Translations under genes and position numbers: made by a program | Assembly: GCA_964016885.1 (NCBI GenBank) | Contig: OZ024751.1 | Location: 9,486,001 to 9,550,000 of the forward strand | DNA: 64,000 nt | Source: Eledone cirrhosa | Taxonomy: Eukaryota | Direction of reading: 5' to 3' | Shown here: positions 1-13,333 of the stretch, piece by piece | Layout: the number at the start of each line of letters is the position of its first letter | How positions within the stretch are numbered: the first letter of the stretch is position 1 | Notes under the pieces: generated by a model | Seen by the model: only the letters and a program-made list of their open reading frames with translations | Database searches by the model: none | What the model was told of the DNA's origin: nothing

Positions 1-1350
1 AAACTACCCTAAAGGGCCACATATTTAAGTTCAATGAGAAAATCTACACCCAAAATGAGGGAGCAGCCATCGGCGTCAGCATAGCTGGTGATGATGCCAA
101 CCTTTTCATGGTATGGTGGGAAAGGAGACTTAAAGATCTCCTTAATGAGAGCTCCATAGACCTCATCATGTACACTCGTTATGTAGACGATATCAATATA
201 GTTATAAGAACACCCCCACTAGAGAGCACTAACAAGTTTGATTTAGAACGTAGCACGATGGAAAGCATCCAGCAGATAGCTAATTCCATACACCAGAGTA
301 TAACTGTAACTATCGACTTCCCTTCCAAACACCCTAACAATAGACTACCTGTATTAGACACAGAACTCTGGATTAACACTATAGACGAGAGAGCCCAAAT
401 TCTCCACTCACACTATGCTAAACCCATGGCCTCCAAATACCTGATACTCAAAAACTCAGCAATTTCCAGTAGTGCTAAGTTTAATATTCTGATCGCAGAT
501 TTGGTACGAGTGATGAAGAATGTGTCCCGCATGTGCGACCCAACAGAAATGGAAAGACACATCCAACACTTCATCAACCGCATGCAGTTCTCTGGCTACA
601 ACCAAAGAGACAGAGTCAGAGAATACGAAGGAGCCATGGAGAAGTATAAGACCCTCATAGAACTGGACATGAAAGGAATTTGCCCATTATACAGGAGCAA
701 ATCATGGAATAGCTTAGATAGAGCTAGACATAAGATAGGGAAAGCCACCTCATGGTACGACAACAAGAGATACCAGAGTGTCATGTTTGTGGACGCCACC
801 ACTGGAGGGAAATTAGCTAACCAGTGTAGAAAGACCCTGAGAAAGACCCACTTAAAAATAAAGGTGGTAGAAAAGCCAGGAACCACCATAAAATCCCTGA
901 TCAGCAAAACCTACCCTTTTAAGAAAACCCACTGTACCAATAGGAAATGTATCATATGTAAGGTGAACCCCCGGATAAACTGTAAAACTAGAAACGTAGT
1001 CTATAGCATAAGATGTACAGAGGGTACTTGCAGAAACATGACAACAACATACATAGGTGAGACAGCTCGTAGCATAGGTGAAAGGATAGACCAACACTGG
1101 GGGGGGGGGGGGGGGTTGGCTAAAATGACGAAAAAACGGGTCAGTACTATACGAACATGCTAGACAACAACATGACGGTAACATAGACAACATAGAAATT
1201 AGAATAATATCTAAACATGGAAATGGTCCAGCAGATAGACAAATCAGAGAGGCCAGTGAAATAGAAATTAGAAGACCAAAGCTAAACAGAAAGAATGAAT
1301 GGAATAACAACAACACCGAATCAAACAACACTGACCTAAGAGAAGTATAA
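1..1350 (+). mobile_element. Penelope-like retroelement (Neptune-like), RT + Cys-rich linker + GIY-YIG; 5' end outside window
   Basis: Reading frame from the window start gives QNEGAAIGVSIAG..ANLFM and YTRYVDD (RT), a Cys cluster CTNRKCIICK..C, and NVVYSIRC..C..YIGETARSIGERIDQH (GIY-YIG). After a poly-G frameshift at ~1099-1116 another frame continues ..LYEHARQQHDG..RQIREASEI..PKLNRKNEW. Confidence 0.9.
108..1163 (+). pseudogene. PLE RT/GIY-YIG ORF fragment, frameshifted at the poly-G tract
   Basis: ORF track 108..1163 contains the YVDD and YIGET motifs. The true start lies upstream of the window. Confidence 0.85.
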
Positions 1351-1790
1351 ATAAGTAAATAAAATAAGATAAATAAATACATACACAAGCACAATAACAA
1401 CAAGCACATAAACACACACTAGTCACCCATCACACAGCAAACATAACACTATACACACACGCAAACGCATGCGCAATATACACACTATATACACACGCAA
1501 ACGCATGAGCAAACGCATGCGCAAAATAAAATAAACAAACAAGCAAATAAATAAATATATAGACAGACTGAATGTGCAACGAAAGATTTATGACAAACTA
1601 TATATATGTGTTTGTGTCTATATTGTATCTGTATTATTTTTGACCGTGGGTCAGTCAATGGCAACATTGAGGACCGTGTAAGTTAGATTACCGATATAAA
1701 AGACAGCGAGAAGCGAAAACCAACCAAACAGTGAATGTGTTCTGTTATTAATTCTGGCAATATTACACAAATATGACCCTGCCCAAGTAT

Positions 1791-1875
<85 letters not shown>

Positions 1876-2070
1876 GTAGAAGGTGAGTTTTATTGTAGAA
1901 CAATAAACCAATTATTGTAGAACAATAAACCTTTTTTCCTCTTCCTTCCTGTTTTCCCCTTCCTTCCTTTTTTCCAATCTTCTATATCCTTTTAAATTTA
2001 TCTATCATATGTTGAATGGACACTTCCTTGTTCACAAGTGTTTTTTAGGCATCATATCATGTCTCCCTAT

Positions 2071-2135
2071 TTTATCTGATGAGAACGCAAATTTCGTCCA
2101 AGGCTGATATTTGTTTTTGAAATGCGCATAATAAA
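2071..2135 (+). ncRNA. Type I hammerhead ribozyme (PLE pseudo-LTR type)
   Basis: tttat-CTGATGA-gaacgcaaat..atttgttttt-GAAA-tgcgca-TA^ataaa. Canonical core, stem II, palindromic stem III and 5-bp stem I. Confidence 0.8.
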
Positions 2136-2170
2136 TACATGGAACTTTTTTAACCATCTTTTAATTTTTT

Positions 2171-2237
<67 letters not shown>

Positions 2238-2276
2238 TACTCTTTTACTCTTTTACCTGTTTCAGCCATCCGGCTA

Positions 2277-2699
2277 ACGGAATAGAAAATGCTGACAAAT
2301 TGTTCACAGTTGAAAAATGGTTTAATCAGGAAAATCAATTTTTTACATTCACATGACCTCTACCGACCAATCAATATTGTTTTGACCACAAGAATTTTTG
2401 CAACACCAAAGTAGCGCTGGAGCCACTTTTTTAACATAAAAACAGGTAGAATTCCCAAAACTAATCAGATCAGAGCAAACAACACGGACACACTATCTCA
2501 AAATAATTTTTGAAAAGCATTTAGAAATGCGCAACCGGTAAAAACTTAAAAACTTAAAACCACACTGAATACTAACCCATACAATTACTAATACTCTTTT
2601 ATTCCTAATTAAACCATTTTTCAACTGTGAACAATTTGTCAGCATTTTCTATTCCGTTTACCAATATATAATAACTTGTGTGTTACACCTCTATTCTTT

Positions 2700-2703
<4 letters not shown>
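2277..2703 (+). mobile_element. PLE pseudo-LTR fragment with short inverted copy; carries the TTGAAAA/GCAA HHR variant
   Basis: 2277-2330 is the reverse complement of ~2607-2659. It contains TTGAAAA-gcat..atgc-GCAA-ccgg-TA at ~2510-2541 and is the same family as 24713-25134. Confidence 0.65.
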
Positions 2704-2739
<36 letters not shown>

Positions 2740-3381
2740 TATATGTGTGTGAGTCGGTGGTGTGTCTCCCCTGTTATATATATATATATATTCAGGCTAA
2801 CAGATATTACTCCACACCGTGAGTGACCCATTAAGGCCATTTCTCCAATTGATCTCTTGAGGACTTTGAGTGTCATGGACAGAATCCTCAGCTGCAAACC
2901 AAACAAACTAAACAAATTGAATTTCTTGAAATCTATGAATTCATATTTACCAATGAAATCCTGCTATTCGAGCTTTTAGACTATGTTATTAATAATGTTT
3001 GGGTGAGGGGAAAGTCGATTAAATTGAACTCAGTACCCTACTGGTACTTTATGTTCTCGACCCCGACAGAAATATAAACCTTATATAACGATGCAAATAT
3101 ATGAAGTTTATATAAGCAATGTAATAGGTGTTACGACATAACGGACTATAACCGTTATATCATAACACTAAGTGTTGACATTTGAAAATTTTAAAAGAAG
3201 TGAATCTTAAAATAAGCAGTGATTATATATAACATTATTTATGTTTAATCAACAGCTACGAAGTTTAGTACATAAATTATGTAATATTCATTCATTATTT
3301 ATTCAAATTAATCTTATTTTACTAACGAGATAAAAAAATATATTCAGGACACAATCTCGCACTCCTCCCTTTGTTATAGTA

Positions 3382-3421
<40 letters not shown>

Positions 3422-3423
<2 letters not shown>

Positions 3424-3534
3424 CGAAGGAATTGTGGTAAGGAACCAGATGGACCATAACGCACCAAAGTACTCAATACTTAGGGTAGTAGAGAGGAAAG
3501 TAGAGTGAGATCTGCCGTCGGGGTCATACCTTTT

Positions 3535-3591
<57 letters not shown>

Positions 3592-3757
3592 GTAATAGGA
3601 ATATATGTGGGTAATAGGAATGAATATGACCCCGACGGCAGAGCTCAGGCCGTTTCGACGGCTATTTCTGGACTAAAGAAAAAAAAAGAAAAACAAAGTC
3701 CAGAAATAGCCGTCGAAACGGCCTGAGCTCTGCCGTCGAGGTCATACTCGTTCCTAT
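3422..3757. mobile_element. Short PLE-derived palindromic element, 'half-hammerhead' family (copy 1, split by (TA)n)
   Basis: Shares the terminus aacgaaggaa.tgtggtaaggaacca..ggaccataacgcaccaaagtac with other copies. The palindrome 3614-3757 contains tagccgtc-GAAA-cggc..gccg-TC. Confidence 0.7.
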
Positions 3758-3860
3758 ATATATATATACTCCTTTTCAACAAGGAAGATGAAATAAGCTT
3801 ACCTCTTAATTTAGAGTCTTAATTTTTTTGTTTTTAATCCTTATTAATTCTTTTTAATTT

Positions 3861-3906
<46 letters not shown>

Positions 3907-4089
3907 TACAGAAAATTTAAAAATATAGTAAGGATTAAAAATTAAAAATTATATGTATATATAGTGAGCTAGAAACTCACAGCTGTCTCTTACAATTAAA
4001 TAGCTAACCGTGCTAACCTAGTCCTTACGATTCGAACACATGTATGTTTATATTAGTGTTCATCTCTCTTGTTTATTCAATTATATGTC

Positions 4090-4122
<33 letters not shown>

Positions 4123-4170
4123 ATTTATATATATATATATATATATTTATTTATATATATATATATATAT

Positions 4171-4432
4171 AGGATGACCCCCTTCGGCCAAGAATGACCA
4201 TGGGATTGCACCTAGAAAGTTTTCCTCCGAGGCACAAGTCCAGGCAAGGTTGTTTGTGGAAGACCAATAGTCGCCCATGCATAACAGTCTCCCGTCTCCA
4301 CGCCACCGATGAGGTCCAAGGGAAAGGCAATGGCCGATACAGCTTGGCACCAGGGATGTTCGGAACTCATTTCGGCAGCTGAGTAAATTGGAGCAACGTG
4401 AAATAAAGTGACTTGCTCAAGGACACAACGCA
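4171..4432 (-). mobile_element. SINE fragment (family A)
   Basis: The reverse complement contains gttgtgtccttgagcaagtcactttatttcacgttgctcca..tactcagctg, shared with the tRNA-headed copy at 23876-24126. Confidence 0.7.
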
Positions 4433-4510
<78 letters not shown>

Positions 4511-4586
4511 ATATATATATATGCGGCTGGACTGCCGACCGCTATATCTGATTTGCTAAGCTGTCTGAACGTAATGTTATTACTCT

Positions 4587-4770
4587 GGGGTGGATTGGCA
4601 GTATCGGTAGAGGGTCGGACGCCATGCTTTCCAGCATAGCTACGTCCCTTTACAGTCTGAGTTCAAATCCCGCCGAGGTTAACTTTGCCTTTCATCCTTA
4701 CGAGGTCGATAAAATAAAGTACCAGTAATGTACTGGGTAATTGCTGGCCTTGTGCCTAAATTAGAAATAG
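4587..4770 (+). mobile_element. tRNA-derived SINE (family B, ~190 bp)
   Basis: A-box-like tggcagtatcgg, B-box gagttcaaatcc, body cctttcatccttac..gtcgataaaataaagtaccagt. Flanked by the duplication gttattact. Confidence 0.8.
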
Positions 4771-4968
4771 TTATTACTGTGGGGTCTTACCTCATCCGAC
4801 TGCTAAAGCTACAGACCGATTATGCATATACGCTTGCTTGGCCGTATACTAAAGCTTCGTCAATGCTGTACTAAAATGTATATATATATATATAGTTATA
4901 TATTTATATATATATAGTTATATATATATATATATATATATAGTTATATATATATATATATATATAGT

Positions 4969-5001
<33 letters not shown>

Positions 5002-5012
5002 ATATATACACA

Positions 5013-5072
<60 letters not shown>

Positions 5073-5902
5073 TACTTATTACGGGCAAGACCATGAAGCC
5101 ATTGAATGAGTGTGGGAAGGGTATATATATATATATATGTGTGTCCGTATGCGTTTGTATGTGTATGTCACTCTAAGTGCCTGTGCATTATGTATAGAGA
5201 TATGAGGGAAGCTACAAGCCTATTGTATAGCCGTGTATATGTTCTATATTTCCATTGATCTGACCGACAAAATACATCGGTAAATGGGATTGTTGCGAAT
5301 GAACCACTTATCTGTGAGAGAAATATTTCTTTTCGTTGTAATCAATAGGTGCTATTACTTCAAAGATAACTCTAAAAACAAATATTGCTCAGAATCTGTT
5401 CCACCGTCTCTAGCCACACTGGTGTCACTCTCGTCCTATCACTTCTGGCTTTCCTCTTGTGCTATATCTATTTATATATATACATATATATACATGTATA
5501 TATATATATATACATATATATATATACATATATATATGTATATATGTACATGTGTATGTATATATATATATATATATGTTTATATATAAATATATAGAAA
5601 TGTATTTACATATGTATACAAATTTATGTATGTGTGTATATATGTGTACACATGTATTTATATATAAATTTATGTATACATATGTATGTATATATGTATA
5701 CATGCATGTGTATGTATAGGTATGTGTGCATATATGTATAGATATGTATGTGTATATATATGTGTGTGTACCTATATATACATATAATGGGTCAACCCAA
5801 CGGAGTTTCTTTTATGATTATTATGATTAGCATTCTTCCCGCTTTTCCAACCACTAAGATCCTAAATACACCATACACACACACACGTGCATAAAGATAG
5901 AC

Positions 5903-5974
<72 letters not shown>

Positions 5975-6052
5975 GTGTGTGCGTGTATGTAACTGTATTT
6001 ATGTGTATGTGCGTGTTTGTAAGTATATGTATATGTATGTAAGTGTGTGTGA

Positions 6053-6086
<34 letters not shown>

Positions 6087-6936
6087 TTGTCTGTTTGTGT
6101 GGTTTTGTATGTATGTGTAATGTGAAATGCACCGAGAAATCCATACCCTATAGTAGAATCAACTGTAATAATTTTTCAAGCTCATAAATTACAATTGTGG
6201 CTGTTTTATGAGCCACACAGATTGTTCATCGTGGAAGTGAGAGTAGTTTAACATGGATGGGAGGTACTTGTGAAACATACTCCAAATGTTCGTTTAGCAA
6301 ACACACTTTCGATCAACCAGAGGAATAGCTCTGAGAGAAGTTAAGTGGAAGAAAAACAAAATTATTCCTATTAAATTAAGTTCTTGGAACATCTCAAGCC
6401 TTGCAGGAATTTTTTCAAGTTAAGAAGATGACATTTAATACCCACAATATCAGCTAGAATTTATTAGTGAGTTCTAAAAACAATTAAACCTACGTGTGCT
6501 TCAGGCTTTTCTTAATACAGGTAGGGGATAGAAACTACAATGCTGAAGTACGGATGGGATATTTGATAACTTTAAAACAAGTACACAAACACAAACACAA
6601 ATAATACAAACCCAAACACACAACCACACACGTAACCGCTGAACGTTCAATATCCAAATGAAATAAACAAGTTTCAAAACCATCCTGCAACACAACCCCC
6701 ACTCCTTATATATTCACTAGTAAACTACCACTTGGCTTCTTTATTGCAAACAAACAATTAACATTTATTTTTAAAATAACGTTAATCTATAAAAATTAAA
6801 CCTTATTTAAGGATTTCTAATCTCTATGCAGTTGTGGTCAAGTAACTGCATATTATATATACGTATATTTTAAAGTATATATATATATAAGAGAGTATTG
6901 AAGTTTGCTTGAAGCATTGTGGAATAATAAGGTAAA

Positions 6937-7602
6937 TTTCTTTAAGTCATTTGGAAGCCTCGACAATACAGATGGGTAAATCTCTGGGTAACAAGATCCG
7001 GTGGTGGAGAGAGAGATGTAAGTGGGTGTACGTTGAGATGCGTGGCGTGTATAAGACTGTAACGTGTAGCGGAATGAAGGAAAGAGTGTACAAGATAAAA
7101 ATAAAAATAACAACACGAGAAAGAGTTACCTTGGGAGAGATTTAATTGTCCCTATATATTTCGGATTCACATCCATCAACTGGGATTTTTTTCCGGGGGA
7201 GGGAAAGGTTGTCTGTCGGAAAGGTGCGAAACGTGTCCTCCGCTGTTCGTTGTTTTGAATATCGGAGGACACGTTTCGCACGTTTCCGACAGACAACCTT
7301 TCCCTCCCCAGGAAAAAAACCCAAGTTGATGGACGTGAATCCGAAATATATAGGGACAATTAAATCTCTCCCAACGTAACTCTTTCTCGTGTTGTTATTT
7401 TTATTTTTATCCTTGACGCTCTTTCCTTCATTCCTCTACACGTTACAGTATTATACACGTTACAGTATTATATACGTTACAGTCTTATACACGCCACGCA
7501 TCTCAACGTACAACCACTTACTTCTCTCTCTCCACCACCGGATCTTGTTACCCGGAGATTTAGGCATCTGCATTGTCGAGGCTTCCAAACGACTTAAAGA
7601 AA
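6937..7602. repeat. ~665-bp imperfect palindrome, inverted PLE pseudo-LTR pair
   Basis: Arms 6937-7243 and 7263-7602 are reverse complements (mirror ORFs 7126..7359- and 7146..7379+). They contain HHR 3' halves GAAA-cgtg-TC and GAAA-tata-TA. Confidence 0.8.
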
Positions 7603-7614
7603 AAAATATATATA

Positions 7615-7646
<32 letters not shown>

Positions 7647-7737
7647 ATGGAAAATTTGAACAGGAACAAAACAGAGAGGCAGTACAACGAATGTTTATTA
7701 ATTTCACGCTCTGGAGAGTGGGGTGGTGGTGGGGAAT

Positions 7738-7765
7738 GACGTTTCGGGCATAAGCCCTTCCTCAG
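7738..7765 (-). ncRNA. Minimal hammerhead ribozyme core (stem I not evident)
   Basis: Minus strand reads CTGAGGA-a-gggc-ttat-gccc-GAAA-cg-TC. Confidence 0.55.
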
Positions 7766-8447
7766 GTGAGAAGTGTGTGGGAAGAGAGTTCAAAGGGTGT
7801 GTAGGGGAGTGGTGAAGAGACATATAGCGAAAAGTGGGTGGGAGGAAACGGTGCCAATGAAATTAAAAATAAAAATAAAAATAAAGCATGATCAAAATAA
7901 AATGAAATGAAATAAAAATAAAAGCATGATCAAAATAAACTGAAATTAAAAAGGGGTAAAACAGGTGGTGGAAGGGTGTGGGGTGTGTAGGGGTGGTGGC
8001 GGGTGGAGTGGGGAGAGTGAGACGGGGTGTCCGAGCGGGGAGGGCTGAAGGTGGTGTGTGTGTGTAGGTGTACGTGTGTGTGTGTGTGTGTATGTGAAAG
8101 CAAGCGTTGGGGGAAGAACGGCGTTGCATGTTCAGGAAGAGGTGTGTGTGGGGTGGGGTGTAGGTCGGAGTGTGTGTGCGTGTGTGGATAGAGGGGTGGG
8201 GGGGAGAGGAATCTGGAGGCTGAAGGTCTAAATATGTGGTGGAAAGCACGCGTGTGTGGGGTTTAAGCGTATTGTGGGTGTAGGTGGCGCGTGGGAGAAA
8301 AAAATTTTTTTGGGTGTGTGTGTGGGTGAGTTATATAGTAAGAGGATGTGGTTGAAATGTTGGTAAACTCCTATGATGGTAGTAGATTCCACGGTCAAGC
8401 TCCACATACGAGTATTCCATGAAGAGATGGTCGGAAGAGGAGAGATG

Positions 8448-8483
<36 letters not shown>

Positions 8484-8729
8484 CTTACACACACACCAAA
8501 CACACGCACACTCAAATACGCACGGACTCACACATGGATGTATGGATGTATATATATATATATATATATATACAGAGAAACAAAAAGAGAAAGAGAGGTA
8601 TATGCATTTGCTTAAGCTTATATGACTTTTTCCTCTCTATTCGAATATGTGGTTGTTTTTCCGATTATACACTTAATCTATATTGGATTTTTACTTTGCT
8701 GATTATCTTTGAATGGTTTGATTAATAAT

Positions 8730-9911
8730 GATTTCTATTATAGGCACAAGGCCAGCAATTTTAGGGAGGGGAATGTCGATAAAATCGACTCCAGTACGTT
8801 ACTGGTTCTTTATTTTTATCGACCCCGTAAGGATGATGGGCAAAGTTAACCTGGGACCGTAAAGGACCGCAACTCTATGCTGCAAGTCATGGTGTCCGAC
8901 TCTCTACCGATACTGCCAATCCACCACACTATATGGTTTGATTAATAATGATATCTTATATAGTCACAAGGCCAGCAATTTTGGGGGAGGGGAAAGTCGA
9001 TTAAATCAACCCCAGTGCGTGACTGGTACTTTATTTTATCGACCCCGTAAGGATGACAGGCAAAGTTAACTTCGTTGGGATTTGAACTCAGATCATAAAA
9101 GACTGTAACTCTATGGTGCAAAGCATAGCGTCCGACCCTCACTGATACTGCCAATCCACCACACTATATGGTTTGATTAATAATAATTGTTTCTACTTTA
9201 GGCACAAGGCCAGGAATTACCCCAGTGCATTACTGGTACTTTATTTTTGTCGACCCCGTAAGGATGAAAGGCAAGTCAACCTCGGCGGGATTTGAACTCA
9301 GATCGTAAAGGGACGTAACTATGCTGGAAAGCATGGCGTCCGACCCTCTACCGATACTGCCAATCCACCGCCAATTAATTATTATTATTATTAATCAATT
9401 AAGTATTATTATTATTAATCAAACGAGGGCGGTGGATTGACAGTATTGGTAGAGAGTCGGACACCATGCTTTGAAGCATAGAGTTACGTCCCTTTATGAT
9501 CTGAGTTCAAATCCCGCCGAGGTTAACTTTGCCTCTCATCCTTACGGGGTCGATAAAATAAAGTACCAGTAATGTACTGGGTAATTGCTGGCCTTGTTCC
9601 TAAAATAGAAACAATTATTATTAATCAAACCGCGGTTTGATTAATAATAATAATACTTTTTTTTATCTTTATATTGCTGAGTATGCTTATTCAACATTAT
9701 TACCTTTGAATGGTTTGAAAAATAATTGTTTCTACTTTAGGCACAAAGCCAGCAATTACCCAGTGCATTACTGGTACTTTATTTTATCGACCCCGTAAGG
9801 ATGAAAGGCAAAGTCAACCTCGGCAGGATTTGAACTCAGATCGTAAAGGGACGTAACTATGCTGGAAAGCATGGCGTCCGACCATTTACCGATACTGCCA
9901 ATCCACCGCCC
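8730..9911. mobile_element. Cluster of five family-B SINEs (four minus, one plus)
   Basis: Copies at ~8730-8926-, 8955-9160-, 9185-9372-, 9427-9615+ and 9725-9911-. They are separated by repeats of atggtttga(tt/aa)aataat. Confidence 0.85.
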
Positions 9912-10364
9912 TATGGTTTGAAAAATAATGGTTTATTTTTATGACTGAATGCCGCAGTCGAAGGTTTTATATCCATTATTATAAATATCATTTGGCGTAT
10001 TTTTATACTTTCTTTATTTATATTTAAACTGCACACCTGCTCTTGTTAACTTTATAAACTTTTGTAATGTTTATGATATATGTTTATTTACTAATTATAA
10101 TATATGTCTTGCACTATACTTAACCTTTCTATAGCAACACGTTTCTCTATAGCAACAGTTTTTTTTTTTTTTTAATGCTTTTAGCTGATCCTAATTTTAT
10201 TTTATTGCAGTTATATGCTTACATTTTTCATATGCTTCTTCCGTCTTTGCTATTTTTTCTTATATAAATATTGATACTTATGCTTACTTCCAATATTATG
10301 TATCATCCTAATGTTCTTCTGACAAACTTCTGATAGAATATTTGTGCTTCAACCTTTATTATAT

Positions 10365-10407
10365 ACTCCAATGGGTACGGCCTTGATAGGACGAAACGAT
10401 CGTAAGT
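10365..10407 (+). ncRNA. Decayed hammerhead motif in a PLE 3' fragment (~9960-10528)
   Basis: act-CCAATGG-gt..ac-GAAA-cgatcg-TA^agt. The core is mutated, while palindromic stem III and stem I are retained. Confidence 0.4.
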
Positions 10408-10546
10408 GATTAAATATTTTAAACACTCTGTGATTGTTATGTATAAAATATTTCGGGTCTGTAATATACTTGTTATTTTACATTGAGCTATTCTCATACT
10501 TGTAATATTTAATATAACCCACATTATATATATATATAGTATGTAT

Positions 10547-10614
<68 letters not shown>

Positions 10615-10727
10615 TATATATATATAATGTGGGTTATATTAAATATTACAAGTATGAGAATATATATATTCATACATACATATATATATATGCATACATA
10701 TATATGTATATATATATACACATATAT

Positions 10728-10891
<164 letters not shown>

Positions 10892-11199
10892 TAATATAAT
10901 TTCAGCGAGATCGGATTTCGGCTGTGGTCGAAAACAAACGAAACGCAATATCCGAAAGTGCTCCATGGACCAAATAAAGACCAGAGCAATAAACATAAGT
11001 TATAAAGGCCAAACAAACTGAGATGGCGGTCAAGAAGCCATCAACCACTTAAGCCAAATAGACGAGTCAAGCCAATATATATATATATATATATATATAT
11101 TGTTATACTTGGGAGGGTCATATTGTTATAATATTGCCAGAAATAATAACAGAACACACTCACTGTTTTGTTTCGGTTGGTATATATATAGATAGATAT

Positions 11200-11232
<33 letters not shown>

Positions 11233-11445
11233 AGATAGATAGATTTCTTTATTTACCATGAAGGCATAAAAAGAAGGGACAAATACAAAGGTGGAGTTTA
11301 CATAAAATCGAGTAAAAAGGGTATAAAATGAAAATAATCGAAAAAACCTCAAAAGGGAGGGGACGTGATGGGGGTTGCACACACCCCCGAAAAAGTGTGC
11401 AATCCTTTGCCCGGGGAGCACATGGAGAAGGTGCTCCCCTCTCCT

Positions 11446-13140
11446 TCACTTCTTTACCCACAGGATGGTATACAGAGAAGGCCCATTTACACGAGCCATT
11501 CTCGCCACTATCACCCACCTTTCATAAAACTGCCTGTGGCCAAGCACCTCTCTCTCCATTCTTATCCTTCTTCCGAAGTGATATCGGAAGAAGTAGACCA
11601 GACTATGGCCAGAGAGGAAGTTGCCTGACCTCAGACCTTTCAATCGTGTCCACCAAACAACCTCTTTCAACATGGCTATTACGCACAGAAAAACCGCCTT
11701 TGCTTCCTTTGTGAAGAGGGGAGGCGGCTTGATTGTCATCACGGACTCGGTGGTCAATCGAATCGGCGCCACCCGCAACAGCAGTCGTTCGGCGTAGCCC
11801 CACAGATCAGCCAAGCCCGGACATTGCACCAATGCGTGTGCAACGGTTTCTTCGTGACGCACGCATCTAGGGCAAATCTTTTTAGAAGGATCCCTGCCCG
11901 GGCGCCCGTGTCTGTAGAGCTTCTCTCGAACGGGTAGAGCCCCCCGGTAGCACTGCCAGGCTAGTGACTTCTGGAAGTTGTCCATTGGTCCCGGGCCGAA
12001 AGTCCTACCGAACAGGCTGGCCAGTTCGTCCTCTTCCATGTCCAGCGACTCTCCAAGGGTGTCATCGCCCCTGCTAGCCACCAGCCCTCTATAGAATGAT
12101 GAGGTGGATTCTCCACCGATGGCCTGGCCCGCTTGCCAGAGAGCCCTGAGCGCCTGGCCACACTCAGTGTGCCAGTCTCCCAGTTTTCCGGATCTTTGCT
12201 TGACCCAGGACTGCAGCTCGGTGAGCGAGACTAGTCTCGGAAAGGCTCGTTTCAAGAACGGAGCCCACACCGGTTGACCAGTGAGGAATACCTGTAGGTG
12301 CCGTAGCCTTAATGCGTGCCTACGCATCATCAACCACGGCAACCCCAGCCCTCCTTTCGAAGGTTGTTGGCAGCAGATGGATCTTCTCACCATAGGAGGG
12401 CGCTTCATCCAAAGAAATTGGAAGAGCATGCGTTCCATGGTGGTAAATGTTTCCTTAGGGCAAGGCACGACAGTCAGGCGGTAGTAAGTGACGGACGCTA
12501 TGAAAATGTTCGCCACCTCCGCCCGGCCTTTTAGGGACAGCTTACACTTGGCCCATTTCTGGGTTAGTGCAAACACCTTGTTCGTAACCTCGTCCCAGTT
12601 CTTTTCCACCTGGAGGTCCGGTCCAAACCAGACCCCAAGCAACTTCACCGGGCCCTCCGTCCAGTGTCCGACGACACCGTCGGGAGGCATCGGTCTGCCT
12701 CTCCACGTTCCGAGTTGCAGCCCGATGGATTTTTCCCGGTTCAGTTTCGCTCCTGACAAACTTTCGTAATCCTCCAGTAAGGTACCGATTGCCTCGATCT
12801 CTGAGTCGGTCGATACCATTACTGTTACGTCATCGGCGTAGGCCGACACCGCTTTGCTCAATCCTGGTTGCAGGGGGATACCCTGCAACAACTCCAACTT
12901 CCTCAGTAAAGGCTCGAGAGTCAATACGTACATAAGGGAGGAGAGAGGGCACCCCTGTCGAATGGATCGTGTGATTTCGAACGGCTTCGAAAGGTAGCCG
13001 TTCACCTTGATCCTAGAACAGATGTGGCTGCTATGTAAGGCAGTGATCCAGCCTCTGAAAACAGGACCGAACCCAGCCGCCGCTAGCACCGCATCCAGGT
13101 AACCATGGTCGACCCTATCGAAGGCCTTAGACTGATCCAA
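11446..13140 (-). pseudogene. Tx1 ORF2, RT core and C-terminal zinc finger (frameshifted)
   Basis: DQSKAFDRVDH, IRQGCPLS, AYADD, GGLGLP, CPRCVRHEETVAHALVQC. Confidence 0.92.
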
Positions 13141-13333
13141 GTTGATCAGGGCCCCACCGAAGCCGGGTTTGTTGCCAACCCTCTTATGATGTATCGCATG
13201 AGGTGGAGGTTATCGTGAATGAACCTGGATGGGATAGCACATGTCTGCGCATCTCCCACCAGGCCACCCACGACAAGCGCCAACCTCTTTGCTAACACCT
13301 CGGCCAAAATCTTTAACTCTGTGTTTAGCAGGG

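Noticed and set aside
4587-4680. tRNA genes at SINE heads
   Set aside because: A/B-box-like motifs are present but there is no cloverleaf, and each is followed by the same SINE body.
8330-8440. GIY-YIG relic (..GVYQHFN..) upstream of the 7738 hammerhead
   Set aside because: Plausible by position but too short and degenerate to call.
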